Shown here: piece by piece, positions 21,601 through 32,995 of the stretch
Layout: every line of letters starts with the position of its first letter
Position numbering within the stretch: position 1 is the stretch's first letter
Assembly (NCBI GenBank): GCA_030141605.1
Contig: JAQGDQ010000723.1
Coordinates: 1-64,000, forward strand
Direction of reading: 5' to 3'
Source of the DNA: Tubiluchus corallicola
Lineage: Eukaryota > Animalia > Priapulida
Length of the DNA: 64,000 nt
The notes under the pieces: generated by a model
Databases searched by the model: none
The model's input: the letters and a program-made list of their open reading frames with translations, nothing else
What the model was told of the DNA's origin: nothing
Made by a program: the position numbers and the translations under genes

Positions 21601-24600
21601 CTAATAGGGCTCTGTAATATAGATTGCAATAGGAAGCATAAAATGACTGTCCCAATCTAAAACTAAGTAAAGCTAAGCAAACTTATGTAAAATATGTACA
21701 ATATTAATGACACTTATCAAATAACTCATGCATTGAAATGTAAGTAACATATAAAATAATACAGTGACATGGATGCCGCACACTTACTTACCTGTCTCTG
21801 CTGCACACAGAATGTTACTTCCTCTTAAGATTTCTGGTATTGCATATTCCTAGTGACAAAGAAAAACAGAAAGAAACAAAGTTAATCTGACTGTAAAATT
21901 TGAGCAACGTATAACACTTTTTTGTATATTAAACGATACATTAGTTCTTTTAAGTTTCTTAACAGTATTTAAAGCATAATTGTAGCAGCTAGATAGCAAT
22001 AGACAGGTATGAAACATTTACCTGTATAACTGTTGGATGCTTTACATTCATAGCAGCCAAAGCTCTAACAACATTATCGTCGACACCCAGGTGATCAAAG
22101 TTAATATATTCTTCACCCTCTTCTAAAGACTGTATCGATGGATTCTATAATGGTAACAAACACTTAAATTAGCAAAACAGATAAATTCTTAGAGGAAAAC
22201 TGGACGACTGATTAGGCTCTATCTCATTTTCATTTACTGTCCAAAATATACATTTTCTTGTCAATAAAAAGTTAGCAATTGTTTCGTAACACTTGAATAA
22301 TTACCATGGAAAGTTAATTAATAACAACCGAACAAAGCTGTCGCTTACATCACAAACTAACCACAGTTTATGCAATGGCAGGCATCTTCCCTGCATATTT
22401 GTGTAAGCAAAGATTGCTATAAGGTGCTGATGTGATGTCATGAGCTCTACGTCACACTGACATCACAGACGAACACTGCAGTTTCTACTCATGCATATCA
22501 AGGTACCATGTCTATTTCTTGGCTGTAAAAAGGTGCCATTGCCAGTCTTAGTGGACTCGCTAAGACACACATAGCTTTGAAAATTCAACAGAATTTAACT
22601 ATCTGAGGTAATTATTATTTAATCTAAGCTTTGATTCATAAAAAAGCTGTTGTAGCCTTCAAAATTTTAGAGCATACTTTATTTTCAACCAATTCTACAC
22701 AATTGTCCGGTTTTCCTTTAATGACGAGAATAATGACAACAATTAAAAAATCACACAATTAAAAAAACAAGTGAAAAAGGGGAGAAAGCACTGTTGAAAA
22801 AAAATGACGAACTTAAATAGTAGTATCAGCATGCCAAAAAGTATTCTATTAGATCATTCTATTAAAATTCTGTTACACCAATATGCGTAACGTCCACATT
22901 TTTCATGTGATGCCAGCATAATACTAAATATTCATAATTATATTAATGTAGAAATGAGTTTGCTTCATTCACACTGGAATTGGGTATGTAAAATGTTCTA
23001 TTCAACTCAGAAAATTCAGTCCCATTTCATGTGGACAGCCTCGTGCTCAGTGGAAACAAAGAAAAAAACCATTTTTACCTTTCAGTAGAACTGATCGTCA
23101 CATTGTGATTGCAGTGAACGTGAAACCTACTATTACACTGAATAGGCCTAATTTATTAGTGTTATATTAATACTTTCTATTACAATTGAAAATTGTTATG
23201 GTGTAAACCTTCAATGTTGTTGAAAATACCAAACTGCTTGTCTCATCATGGCTATTTAAAACTATCCTTAGCTCGAGTGCCAGACCGATCTTTGCGAGCA
23301 AGTCAAACAATTAAATTAACCCAGATATGATAATAATTCAGTTCGTAACAATCTCTCTTACAAAACTTTTCTTACACCATTAGCATGTTATCTAGTATAT
23401 GAAATTATTGGCTTTGCTAGACTGCATCCCAATATCTAATCAGTCGGTGACGGTGTATATAAAAGCTAAGGCTTCCAAGGAACACAAAAAGTTAAAAAAT
23501 TCATTAGATCTACCGTATTTATTCGAGTATAACGAGCAAAATTTTCTACCTAAAAAAGAACTCAAAGTTTGGGTGCGCGTTATAAACGAGAGCTGGGGTG
23601 ACACTCTTAGATGTGTCAATATATTATTTGTGTAACGACTCATTAGTCGAAGATATCGCTGACCACAATCACAAAATATTGAATGCAGCCACATCTCTCG
23701 ACCCACTAAACGCCTATGGGCAACACTCACTACACTAACTGCAGAGGCGAGGCGTAGCTAAGGAAATAATCAAGAATATTTGCGTCATCAGCAGACTTTG
23801 TCAGACGGTGTCTGGCCCACGGAAATCGAGCAGCTAGCCCGAGAATTCACTGTACCAGAGACGAATGTTAGAAGCTGGAGTTGTTCAACAACGCACGTGT
23901 TCAACGTTTGTCACTTACAATGCTTGGTCTGAGCCGAGAAAAAGTGAAACAAAATTTTATACCGATTTTTAATCGAAAATTAGGGGTAAGCATTATACAC
24001 GTGTGCGCGTTATACTCGAATAGATACGGTACACTTACGCTGCTGTAACTGTTTATAGTAAACTTGTTTGTCCTGACAGCTCTAGCACCTTTCATCCAAC
24101 CTTTTGATATGAGTGGTACAGGAGAAAACTTGCTGTAACTTTGTCCTTTATAGTAATTCAACTGTGATCTATCACACACGATGATTGGTGCCTTTCCTTT
24201 AATGCTAAATCCAGCCTGAAATAATGAATTAAACATAAATTATCATTAACCATATGGTAGCTACTAAAACATTCATTAAGTACCTGTATCATTATAGTTA
24301 TTATAACTGAAGAAAAGGACGTTGGAAGGAAAGAATGTCAAAAAAAGTCGAGAAGTCACGTCTTCGAAAAGTTTTTGTTTGTAGGCACTTTCATGCAAAA
24401 GGTAAAACAATCAATTGGTAAGATTCACAGACTAATAAGACATGTACAAGCTTTCTTTGTTACCATACATATACCAAAGTATTTACCTCCAACGTTACAA
24501 GCTAGTGAAAAATGTTGTAAGTTTTGCCTACACCAGCATTATACTCATACAAGAATCAGTGGAAATTACCAATTAAAAATTTGTTCTTTTTAGCTAGGCA

Positions 24601-25019
24601 AATGGTAGTCTGTGTGCGGGTAGGGCATTTAACCATGTTCACAGTCTGTCAATGAAAACAACACCAATGAAGCTGTCATCGCAAAACCTGGCACAGGGAC
24701 AGGTATGGACAACGCCCGGCAACCTATTGCTTTTGGTTCAAAAGTTCAAAGGTCGAGATCATTGGGTCAAAGAATGTCAAAATAAATGTTTGCCCATAGT
24801 GACTTCATGTGCGGTGTGGGTCTGCACTGCTAGTGAGTGCCCTCTAGTTCAAGAAAGAGAGGAATTTGATTAAAATTAAAGGTTTTGACAATTGAGTTAG
24901 TAACAAAAAAAAGTTTAAAGTACCCTTTCTCTTTCTTTTAATGCTAGTCGCAACTTCTGTTTGTTGATGCGCTTTTGAAGATTAACTGGAACAGTAATAA
25001 CTGCACGTGGAGAAGCCAT
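9557..25019 (-). CDS. DDX28: DDX28-like mitochondrial DEAD-box RNA helicase, about 533 aa; complement(join(9557-9691,11385-11537,12144-12236,13216-13464,15575-15688,17310-17416,18390-18543,21327-21469,21792-21849,22022-22144,24039-24215,24924-25019))
   Basis: All introns are GT-AG with consistent phases. Motifs: Q (F..LG...PTVIQ), I AETGSGKT, Ia PGRELAEQ, Ib [45 protein letters not shown]28-type features: [37 protein letters not shown]. Confidence 0.9.
9760..10050. repeat. Degenerate (GTT/GCT)n trinucleotide microsatellite in the last DDX28 intron
   Basis: Directly visible; explains the four low-complexity ORFs. Confidence 0.9.
10187..10549. mobile_element. TTCGAA-rich hAT-like MITE, copy 1 (same family as 39485-39876 and 54481-54843)
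   Basis: Ends gggtgagcat / atgctcaaccct; internal sequence matches the other two copies. Confidence 0.7.
11385..11537 (-). CDS. DDX28: DDX28 coding exon 11 (motif VI)
   Basis: [27 protein letters not shown]...VTSFV...LVQRIE. Confidence 0.9.
11635..12119. mobile_element. hAT-like MITE in DDX28 intron 10
   Basis: cagtggc ... gccacta ends; 8-bp TSD caaagtgc/caaagcgc (7 of 8 match). Confidence 0.7.
12144..12236 (-). CDS. DDX28: DDX28 coding exon 10 (motif V)
   Basis: [31 protein letters not shown]. Confidence 0.9.
13216..13464 (-). CDS. DDX28: DDX28 coding exon 9 (motif IV)
   Basis: [26 protein letters not shown]...PVIVFCNS...VNGDLAEK. Confidence 0.9.
13575..15420. repeat. 47-bp minisatellite, about 39 copies, in DDX28 intron 8
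   Basis: Unit gagtgtgagtccactctctctgacctgcgcaaaacaaccaaggctaa, with a variant tail aaagtgactgaagctga. Confidence 0.97.
15575..15688 (-). CDS. DDX28: DDX28 coding exon 8 (motif III)
   Basis: [38 protein letters not shown]; two in-frame donors are possible (exon end 15575 or 15569). Confidence 0.85.
16576..17249. mobile_element. Sola1-like MITE, copy 1
   Basis: Termini gtgtgctt / aaacacac; 4-bp TSD ATTT; collinear with 20668-21313. Confidence 0.65.
17310..17416 (-). CDS. DDX28: DDX28 coding exon 7 (DEAD box)
   Basis: [35 protein letters not shown]. Confidence 0.9.
17630..18291. mobile_element. Kolobok-like MITE (family A), copy 1
   Basis: TTAA flanks; termini aggacaa / ttgtgct; collinear with 59847-60497. 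Confidence 0.75.
18390..18543 (-). CDS. DDX28: DDX28 coding exon 6 (GG, Ib)
   Basis: VAARTLTDG...VVGGRG...[16 protein letters not shown]. Confidence 0.9.
18673..19221. mobile_element. Kolobok-like MITE (family B), copy 1
   Basis: ttaa|aggaaaac ... gtctttct|ttaa; reverse-complement similarity to 22193-22717. Confidence 0.7.
20668..21313. mobile_element. Sola1-like MITE, copy 2
   Basis: TIR gtgtgcttgc / gcaagcacac; 4-bp TSD AAAT. Confidence 0.7.
21327..21469 (-). CDS. DDX28: DDX28 coding exon 5 (motifs I, Ia)
   Basis: [14 protein letters not shown]...[17 protein letters not shown]. Confidence 0.9.
21792..21849 (-). CDS. DDX28: DDX28 coding exon 4
   Basis: [19 protein letters not shown]; gtaagt donor, phase 1. 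Confidence 0.88.
22022..22144 (-). CDS. DDX28: DDX28 coding exon 3 (Q motif)
   Basis: [41 protein letters not shown]. Confidence 0.88.
22193..22717. mobile_element. Kolobok-like MITE (family B), copy 2, inverted relative to copy 1
   Basis: aggaaaactggac ... gtccggttttcct|ttaa; internal match e.g. aaaaaggtgccattgccagtcttagt versus actaagattggcagtggcaccttttt. Confidence 0.7.
23513..24029. mobile_element. Tc1/mariner-pogo-like MITE
   Basis: TA TSD; TIR ccgtatttattcgagtataacg / cgttatactcgaatagatacgg. Confidence 0.8.
24039..24215 (-). CDS. DDX28: DDX28 coding exon 2
   Basis: [20 protein letters not shown]...PLISKGW...FTINSYSS; ttcag acceptor, gtaagt donor. Confidence 0.85.
24587..24849 (+). 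mobile_element. Possible Helentron/HINE-like non-autonomous element
   Basis: Starts ttttagct; internal ggtcaaag-type motifs; 3' hairpin gcact...agtgc followed by ctagtt. Confidence 0.4.
24924..25019 (-). CDS. DDX28: DDX28 coding exon 1
   Basis: [32 protein letters not shown]; preceded by a T-rich acceptor; donor gtactt, phase 0. Confidence 0.7.
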
Positions 25020-26619
25020 TTCTTACTGAAAAAAAAACAAAAATACGTAAATGGATTCATGAAGCTACTATAATCTTTTTTTACAAATTATAGGAGTACA
25101 ATAAGACCTTGCTTAGCAACACTAATACCTTCCAACAAATGTGTACTAAAGGGAAATGTCGTTATATGAAACGATTCCATCTACAGAAAACAATGTAAAA
25201 GCATTCAGTTGCATTCCCCAAGCAAAATTCAACAATGCTTCGCTGACATAAAAAGTGATCACGAAGTTGTACTGTAGGACAAAAATAAACAATTCATGGC
25301 TATGGAAGGCTCTCATTTTCATTGTATGACAAAAAATAATAATGTATGTGTCATAAATCAAAAAGTTTAACTTCCGCTTATTTTTAAGTAAAGTTTTTGG
25401 TGAATAACTAAATTTAAAAGCTTCATGCAAATGTTTAATGTTAGAGATCTCTCTTTAGCACTCCTGAGAAATATATCAAGTGTTCTTTCTTCAAATGCAA
25501 ATAAGATGAATGCAACAATATTTAACCCAGCCATGTAAAGCGAAAACTCTTTATATAAGAGGAACTCTATCTCTACATGGGAAAGTACTGGCAATTACCG
25601 TGTGGCCAGCAATGAATCATCACTGCCTGCTCAGTTGGGCAAACTTTTACCACAATTTATTGTAACAGGACTAATTCATGATGTGTAAGGGCAGCAAACA
25701 AACTTTCGGGGCTTAAAAAGCCAAAAAAATCCTCAACATCATAAAACATGCACCGTAAAGTGAATAAATCTGTCAAAAGATCAACATCGTTAAGCAAGAA
25801 CTTACTGTAGTTTAAAAAGGGCAACTTGGTACCTATTCTTTCATTGCCTCATCTCCTTGCGTAAGCCTAAAATTACAGAATGGTGTGAAAGCAGAACATT
25901 CATGCCCTTATCAGAGAGAAATAAAGAATTTGTTACTATGCGTAAGTGTGGACGATTGCACAGGACGTCTTTTTCAATCTAGAATTCTAGATATCAGTTT
26001 GCAGCGATTGTCCATTTTCTATAACCGCATGCATTTTAATACAGTGTGGGATTATGGTCTACGTGCTCCACGATTTCATAATTACTTGTAAGGAGCGAAG
26101 TAGACCACTAGCCGATATAGGGCAGTTGCGGTAGCCCAATAGTGGTTTTCCTGACTCTTTTAACTTTACATGGAGAATTTTGTCAAATTTTTAGCGAGTC
26201 TGTGAAAGTTTCTTCATTTTATTAAAAACTTTGCTGGAAGGCTGAGTTGCCGTCAGTATAGTGTCCAAAGACTTGCCCAGGTGTTTAACTCATGCCAGCA
26301 TGCAGGACGTAGGTACTGCTTGACGAACAGGTAGTGAAACGGATCAGCCCTCGGTAAAGTGAGACAAAAAAATGACACACCTTAACCAAAATTTAATGTT
26401 GGAACCCTTTCGCTTAACATAAAAAGTTGGCTCATTTCATCTTAAAAAGATTAATCTCAAAGCCAAATTTAACACTGCTCATTATACTAGCTCAGAATAA
26501 GACTTTATCAGATGTATAATAAATTATTCAATGTATATTGACATTTTTTTATATTATTTAGTATTTAATAATTTAATAATATTATTAATATTAAATAAAC
26601 AAGTCGCCTTCATAACTCA

Positions 26620-27200
26620 CCTTCGTGGTGAGTGAACCCTGATTTCTGTCTTTTGCGCCAATCTCTCAATAACTGAGTAGCCTGCTGATAAACAACCTTA
26701 TCCACTCTTCCTAATATACCAAACTGTTATTAAAATAAGATTTTTTTCGCACGAAGTTCTACATCAAGTTTATGATTAAAACTATTTACATTATTTGCGC
26801 TCACTAAAGATTCTGGTAACGAATTTCACATTATCACTCCAGCCTGTGAAAAATTCTACCGGTACCTTTCAGTATTCACCCTATGCTTGAACAATTTAAC
26901 ACTATGCCCAAGTGTAATGATTCTATTGAGTGTAAGAAACTGGTTTGCATTGATATCAGTAATCCCTTAAGAATCTTGAACATTTCAATAAGTCACCCCT
27001 TACGTCTTCTTGCAGAACTTCGATACAGGTCCAGTTTTTCCAGTTTGTGAGAGTATGTGAGTCCTTCAAGTCCTATGATCGTGCCCACAGCTCGTGCTTG
27101 TACCTGTTCAAGAGCACGACTCTCCTTGAGATAGTAAGGGTCCCATACCTGACTGATAATATATTCAAAATGAGAACGAACAAGAGTTTTGTACAATCGG
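26620..27200 (-). mobile_element. CR1-type LINE 3' fragment (decayed RT C-terminus plus 3' UTR)
   Basis: YKTLVRSHFEY...VWDPY...LEQVQARA...GLTYSHKL..L...RRRKGDLIEMFKIL, then GHSVKLFK-like and WNSLPESLV-like remnants. Confidence 0.85.
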
Positions 27201-27944
27201 AGAATTAATTACAAAGGCAAGGGGTGCTGCCACTAAGGTTAGCTGGGCTCAATTCGTGACCTTTCTCTAGTGCCCTACTTGGGCAGCATCTACGGCGCGC
27301 CCTACTTGGGCTAGCTCAGGTACGGCATTTGCCCTACCGCGCCCCCTACTCTACATTACTATCTATCATAATTACTGTAGAACTGCGCCGATCTTCCTCT
27401 TAGGCTTGGCAAGGCAAAACAAATTTCAACCTGCGAAGATACTGACCTAGTGATTATGTTATCTCCTTTGCAAGTTCGCAACCAACGTGCATCTGCTAAC
27501 AATACGGTAGCTCTTTAGATTATCTGCTATTTTGGAAAATTTCGTAAAGGTTTTTCTCTTGCCAACTGTGGGCGTGAAATAAACAGAAAACAACAAATTC
27601 ATGGTTTGTTGGATGTGACAGACTTTGTGTAATTGTACGTCCACTTAATTTTAGTAATTATCATTATTATTGTACTTAAATAAATATACAATTCATACTC
27701 ATGCTTTTGAATTGTGCATTTTGTAGTCGAAACCAAATGTGGTATTTTGAATTTCTAAAATACTTTTACCAATTGTTAGGCGTGGTCGCCTTGTGCGAAC
27801 CTAAAACTGGAGAGATTCTGCTTTGAAACGTCTAGTGGTTTTTCTGTTAAACTCTTATAATACTGATAGCTAGGCTTATTTGAATAGAATGTCCATTTTA
27901 AAGCTTGTCAAAATCTTGCAAAGAGTATGTTTACGAATTTACTC

Positions 27945-28365
27945 ACCTTCGCAACTAACCTTCTTTTTGAGTAAACCCTGGTTTCCGTCTCTTGCACCAA
28001 TCTCTCATCCACTGAGTAGCTAGCCAAGGAACAACCTTGTCCAGTTATTCGTTGTTGGTTTACTCTTCTCCTAATGTACCAAACTGGTATTAAAACAGAA
28101 CGTTTCTCGCACGGAGTCCTACATCAGATTTATGTTTAAAACTATTTACATTATTTGCTCTCACTAATGATTCTGGTAACGAGTTCCACAATATCACTTC
28201 AGCTTGTGAAAAACAATGCCGATACCTTTCAGTATTGATCCTATACTTGAATAATTTAACACTATGCCCACGTGTAATGCTCTATTGAGTGTAAAACATC
28301 TGGTTTGCATTGATGTCAGTAAATCCCTTAAGAATCTTGAACATTTCAGTAATTCTCCCCCTTAC
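27945..28365 (-). mobile_element. Second, shorter CR1-type LINE 3' fragment
   Basis: Collinear with 26620-27000; encodes EMFKILKG, TRGHSVKLFK, WNSLPESLV. Confidence 0.8.
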
Positions 28366-28975
28366 GGAAACATTAATTTTATTTTTGTTTAACGACAAAA
28401 GGAGCCAGCAAAACTGGTGTATATTTGGCTAATATTATTGCACTTATTATATATAAGTACTGAATATTGCTTCCTGTTACGCCTTATTACTAAATGTTAA
28501 TATTTCTTAATTTTATCTCCTAATATGTCTTTGCAGTAGAATCACATGACTTCTACTCCAACAATCACTAAAAATCGTTCTGCGATTGTAATGGAAACTT
28601 TCTATCAATAACATATATTGTTGGATGTTTTGGTAACAGTCTTTTTGATTAAATGAACTAGCGTTTATCACCAATCCTGTAGTGTATGCATTTTGTTTTG
28701 CATATGTTAAATGCAAACTGGTTGAATAGTCGAATTTAAACAGATAAATTACATATTACACATATTTGTGTGTTATTTATAATGATACGAATCTTCAAAA
28801 GTATGTTAACTATTGCATTTATTAACCTATTCTGGTTTAGTAGTATTTACTATGCAAAGCAATCCTCCCTTTTCTACATATTTTTTCTGCTTTTCAGACA
28901 TTTTGCAGCTGAACCTTGCAAATATTTTCCCGTTTCGATTTTTATTTCACTTCACTGCTACTGCTTTACCTAAAG

Positions 28976-29713
28976 ATGGCAAAACCACCACCAGCACAAT
29001 GGATGAATGCACCAGCCACAAAAATTCCTAATTGCCCTCCTGGTTTGGAATACCTGACTCAGATAGACCAGCTTCTAGTCCATCAACAAATTGAAATTCT
29101 TGAAGCCTTCACTGGCTTTGAAACTGTCAATAAGTATGCAGTCAAGAACAGCATGGGCCAGCAGATCTACTTTGCAGCCGAAGATACGGATTGTTGCACA
29201 CGTATGTGCTGCGGTCCTTGCCGAGCTTTTCAAATGAAGATCATGGATAACACGGGGAACGAAGTGCTGCATGTGCATCGTCCACTCCGTTGTGACAGTT
29301 GTTGGTGTCCTTGCTGTCTGCAAAAGTTGGAGGTTAGCGCACCCCCAGGGAATCTCATTGGTACCGTTGAGCAGGAATGGTCTATCCTGTTTCCTCGATA
29401 TCGCATCTGCAATGCATCGGGAGACACGATGCTACGTGTCCGAGGTCCACTTTGCACCTGGAGCTGTTGTGGAGATGTGGAATTTCAGATCACTTCGGCA
29501 GATAAGGATCATCAGGTTGGACGGCTGACCAAGCAATGGACAGGCCTAGTCAAAGAAACGTTTACGGATGCGGATAATTTCGGAGTGACCTTTCCTTTGG
29601 ATCTGGATGTCCACGTAAAGGCGTGTTTGCTGGCTCTGACTTTTCTCATTGATTTCATGTTTTTTGAGAAGAGTCAGAATAAGGAGACTGATGCTCCAGG
29701 TATGTTACACTAG
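28976..29713 (+). CDS. PLSCR: Phospholipid scramblase (PLSCR family), single-exon CDS, 245 aa
   Basis: NCPPGLEYLTQIDQLLVHQQIE, FETVNKY, Cys-rich DCCTRMCCG and CDSCWCPCC, DADNFGVTFPLDLD, C-terminal helix KACLLALTFLIDFMFFE; ATG in aagATGg context. Confidence 0.95.
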   Translation: MAKPPPAQWMNAPATKIPNCPPGLEYLTQIDQLLVHQQIEILEAFTGFETVNKYAVKNSMGQQIYFAAEDTDCCTRMCCGPCRAFQMKIMDNTGNEVLHVHRPLRCDSCWCPCCLQKLEVSAPPGNLIGTVEQEWSILFPRYRICNASGDTMLRVRGPLCTWSCCGDVEFQITSADKDHQVGRLTKQWTGLVKETFTDADNFGVTFPLDLDVHVKACLLALTFLIDFMFFEKSQNKETDAPGMLH

Positions 29714-32700
29714 TCATACATTTCTCTACTACATTTTGTTGCACAGAGACTCGCAGCAATGGCAGTGGATAACGGGTGTTTGGACAATCGGGTGATGTGG
29801 CTAATTTGTCATTATCTAATAACAAACAGAAATCATTGACAGCGATAAGCTAATCGAATTAGTGATTGCTGATTAGAAACAAATTCAACTGTGTCTATTC
29901 AATTCTACTATGATCAATGATCTGAAAACAATGACTCATTAATGACTCATTGTTTGATTGTCTCATTTTTTGATAAAATTCTGCTTACGGGGAATTACCT
30001 AAATTGACTCACACAAACTATGTAGTCAAAATTTGTCAGCCTATGTGAATAAATTATAATAAATGATGACATTATTACCAATGTTAATTTAAAAAGGGCA
30101 GTTTCTTAAGTGTGACGTGTAATCAATATTTATGAAATGGAATAAATGGCTTGTTGGTTAGACTCTGATTAAATGCAAAACAATGTGATAGTTTGTCCGT
30201 TAAATCGATTATGTTCAGCTTTTGACGCCATGTATATGTTTCACTAGACAACTCATTATCCGTTGCCATTGCTGCATTTAAGTATGAACACACCTTTAAT
30301 CACTTAGGTGTTACATGTAAGTAGGGAAATAGAATCACCTCTTTTAAATTATTCATTTTTGATTGAAAATGTTCTATTATCTATGAAATGTATATTAATC
30401 GTTATTGTGTACATGTGCATGTCTGTATTCTTCATCTATAAATATCTTTCGATACATACGACTTCAGATGTATTTTTCGAACTTACCATTTGCACTTTTT
30501 ATTGAATTTCCCTTGTTAATATAACGTCCAACAGTCCTTATACATAACATATAGATCTATACAGGTATTATACACGTTTCAAGTACAGTAATGTGTTAAG
30601 AGTGAGCAATATTTAAAAGAGCTTGCATATCTTTGATAATGATGTATTATAGTAACCTTCACTATGTGTCTTATCATAAGTAATAGATTTTGTGTATTAA
30701 TCATTAATTATGTAATATGTATTTTAGCTTTCGAATGATTAATTTACTCATATAAAAGCATGCAGTAGTATGTGTTTAGGTTTATTATAATGAATCGACA
30801 GCCAGTATTTTGACTGTAGTGCTATAAAACGTTACATATAGTGTAATATTTTCCCGATTTTTTGCCAGGAAACAAAGGTTTGACATGTGCATATTATTTT
30901 GTTACAATTATGAACGATATAATTTTGTATACAGTTTTCTAATCCTGTGTTAAATGTTGTAGAAACTCAGAAGGATCCGGACGCGTAACAAGTTTATGTA
31001 TTTATAAGTGGTAAGGTGGGTGGATTGCTGCATTACTATGCGTGAAGCCTTGATTTAGCTATTTGAGTTCAAGTTATCAAAGGCCCCATACTGACTTGAT
31101 TTTGCAGTTACCTCAAATATGCTGAACACTAGATGCATCAGTTTAACATTGTTTTGATGATCAAACTGTGTTCATAACAAGACCACTGCCATTTCCTGTC
31201 TTGTTTGACATTTGTTGTTTGCTCGCTAGGTAGCAGCACAATAAATTTATCTCCCAATACATGTGATGTGTTAGTGGCAACTGAAGTGGGATATTTAGCA
31301 AAATCATTTGGATCTAGAATGTTTCGTGTATTTGAGGTTACACTGCATGCAGTTAAGCATGCTGCAGCCAGTTCATCTATATTGGTCTTGTGCCATAACC
31401 ACCTTAGACACTCGTTATATTTTAATATTTTGTTCAGTTTTTTTTCAGTTTCAGCTGACAAACATAGCTTTTGTATAAATAATTTGAATTTACCATTATT
31501 TTTGCTAGAAAATGTTAGCTATTTACAACGTTTTATTCAGTTGGCTTTGTTCGCTTGTAAAGTAGCTTTTGTATTTTGCAACTGTGACTATGATTACATT
31601 TGATGAATGATGACATTAGAGTTAGCAAAGAGTATTATGCTTAGTAAACTTCAAAGCTTGAGTAATGAGAAAATATTGGAAAGTGCGTCCCACTTTCAAT
31701 TTGTTAAGATATTTTCTCATTACTGAGTTGTTTGATATGAATTTTGTACTAATTTTGGCAGAACTGTGTTGTTTCCACGTCGATCTTTCTTCCGAGTTTG
31801 ATTTCTTGTTGATTTGGGAGGAGCGGGTTGACACAGCAAATTTTGATGGAGACGTAGCAGCTAGGCTATTGTTTTCAGCTGCATGATACACTGTAGATTT
31901 ACATCTGTGTCAGATAATGACTACTAACGAATAGAAATCTTTTTTCCTTTTTTCTTCAGATATAATGAGCTAAAAGTTGCATGTTCTGTGAGACTAGAAA
32001 TTGCTGGTTTCCCAAAACACTGTTTAAAAGATTTTCTCCTTACAAAATTCTTCTCAGTCGTTGATAAAAGTTGAAAAAAATGTTATTAGCAATTCGTGAC
32101 TCTCATTGACTCAAATACTCTATTTAAAAATGCATACAGAATCTCAATCTAAATTGACGAGATTTAACACGAATACCTTATCTTTTGTAGAAACTCATTT
32201 GATGCAAGTCTTGTTACATTCATCACTTGATATTGATCTTTGATCATTATATTGATCGTTCGATCACTGTTCAAGTTTGTCATGGCAATATATTTGTTTG
32301 AATCCGTTAATTGTATTTATTTAGCAATCGTATGCACTTTTAGCACTGTGCACTCAGTTCTCCATGTAAGTTTAAACTTCATTATTTTATAGTGGTGTTC
32401 GCTATCACTTTACCAATATTGATTATTGTGGACTTTCTAATCACTGTATTATTATCCATCTGCTTTATTATTAAATCGTATTGCAAATAAGCAAGGTATG
32501 AACTAATGAGTATGACCAATTATTTTTCTTTTTACTCTGTGGTTTTAATTCTATACTACAAAAGGGACGTCTCTTTAGAGTTCCCATATAAATCACCTTG
32601 GATTTTTCTATACTGTATGTGCATTTGAGTAAAACTTATACTCTATAATGAAAGAGTTGTAAAAAACAACATTGTTGCAGTCTTTCTGCTCATAACTGAT

Positions 32701-32995
32701 GACCAGTTTTACTCTACTTAAGCAGCTTTTGTCTAAAAAACGTATTTTTCTCACTTTTCTGCTATTCTTGTTTAAAGATGAAATCACTAATCACTAATAA
32801 TTTACACGCACTTGCATTGTAGCTGCTGAGTGTTTGTGATTCATTTTAATGCTCATGTAATGATGCTTTACATGTATCTAGTGCATCGCATGTGGAATGT
32901 AGCATTGCATATAGATGTACGTAACTGTAGCTTTGCATGCCAGGCCTAATGCCTAAGTAGACTCAGTGATGTATGCTTATTGCTGACAATATTTA

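Noticed and set aside
26993-27196. Host gene exon between DDX28 and scramblase
   Set aside because: It is a frameshifted CR1 reverse-transcriptase C-terminal remnant.
29693-29705. Donor-like cag|gtatgt near the scramblase end suggesting another coding exon
   Set aside because: The frame closes naturally a few codons later (PGMLH*) and no downstream coding exon was found; it cannot be excluded without RNA data.
31138-31891. Cluster of 70-130-aa ORFs on both strands
   Set aside because: No recognisable motifs, stops interrupt attempts to join them, and no convincing splice sites.
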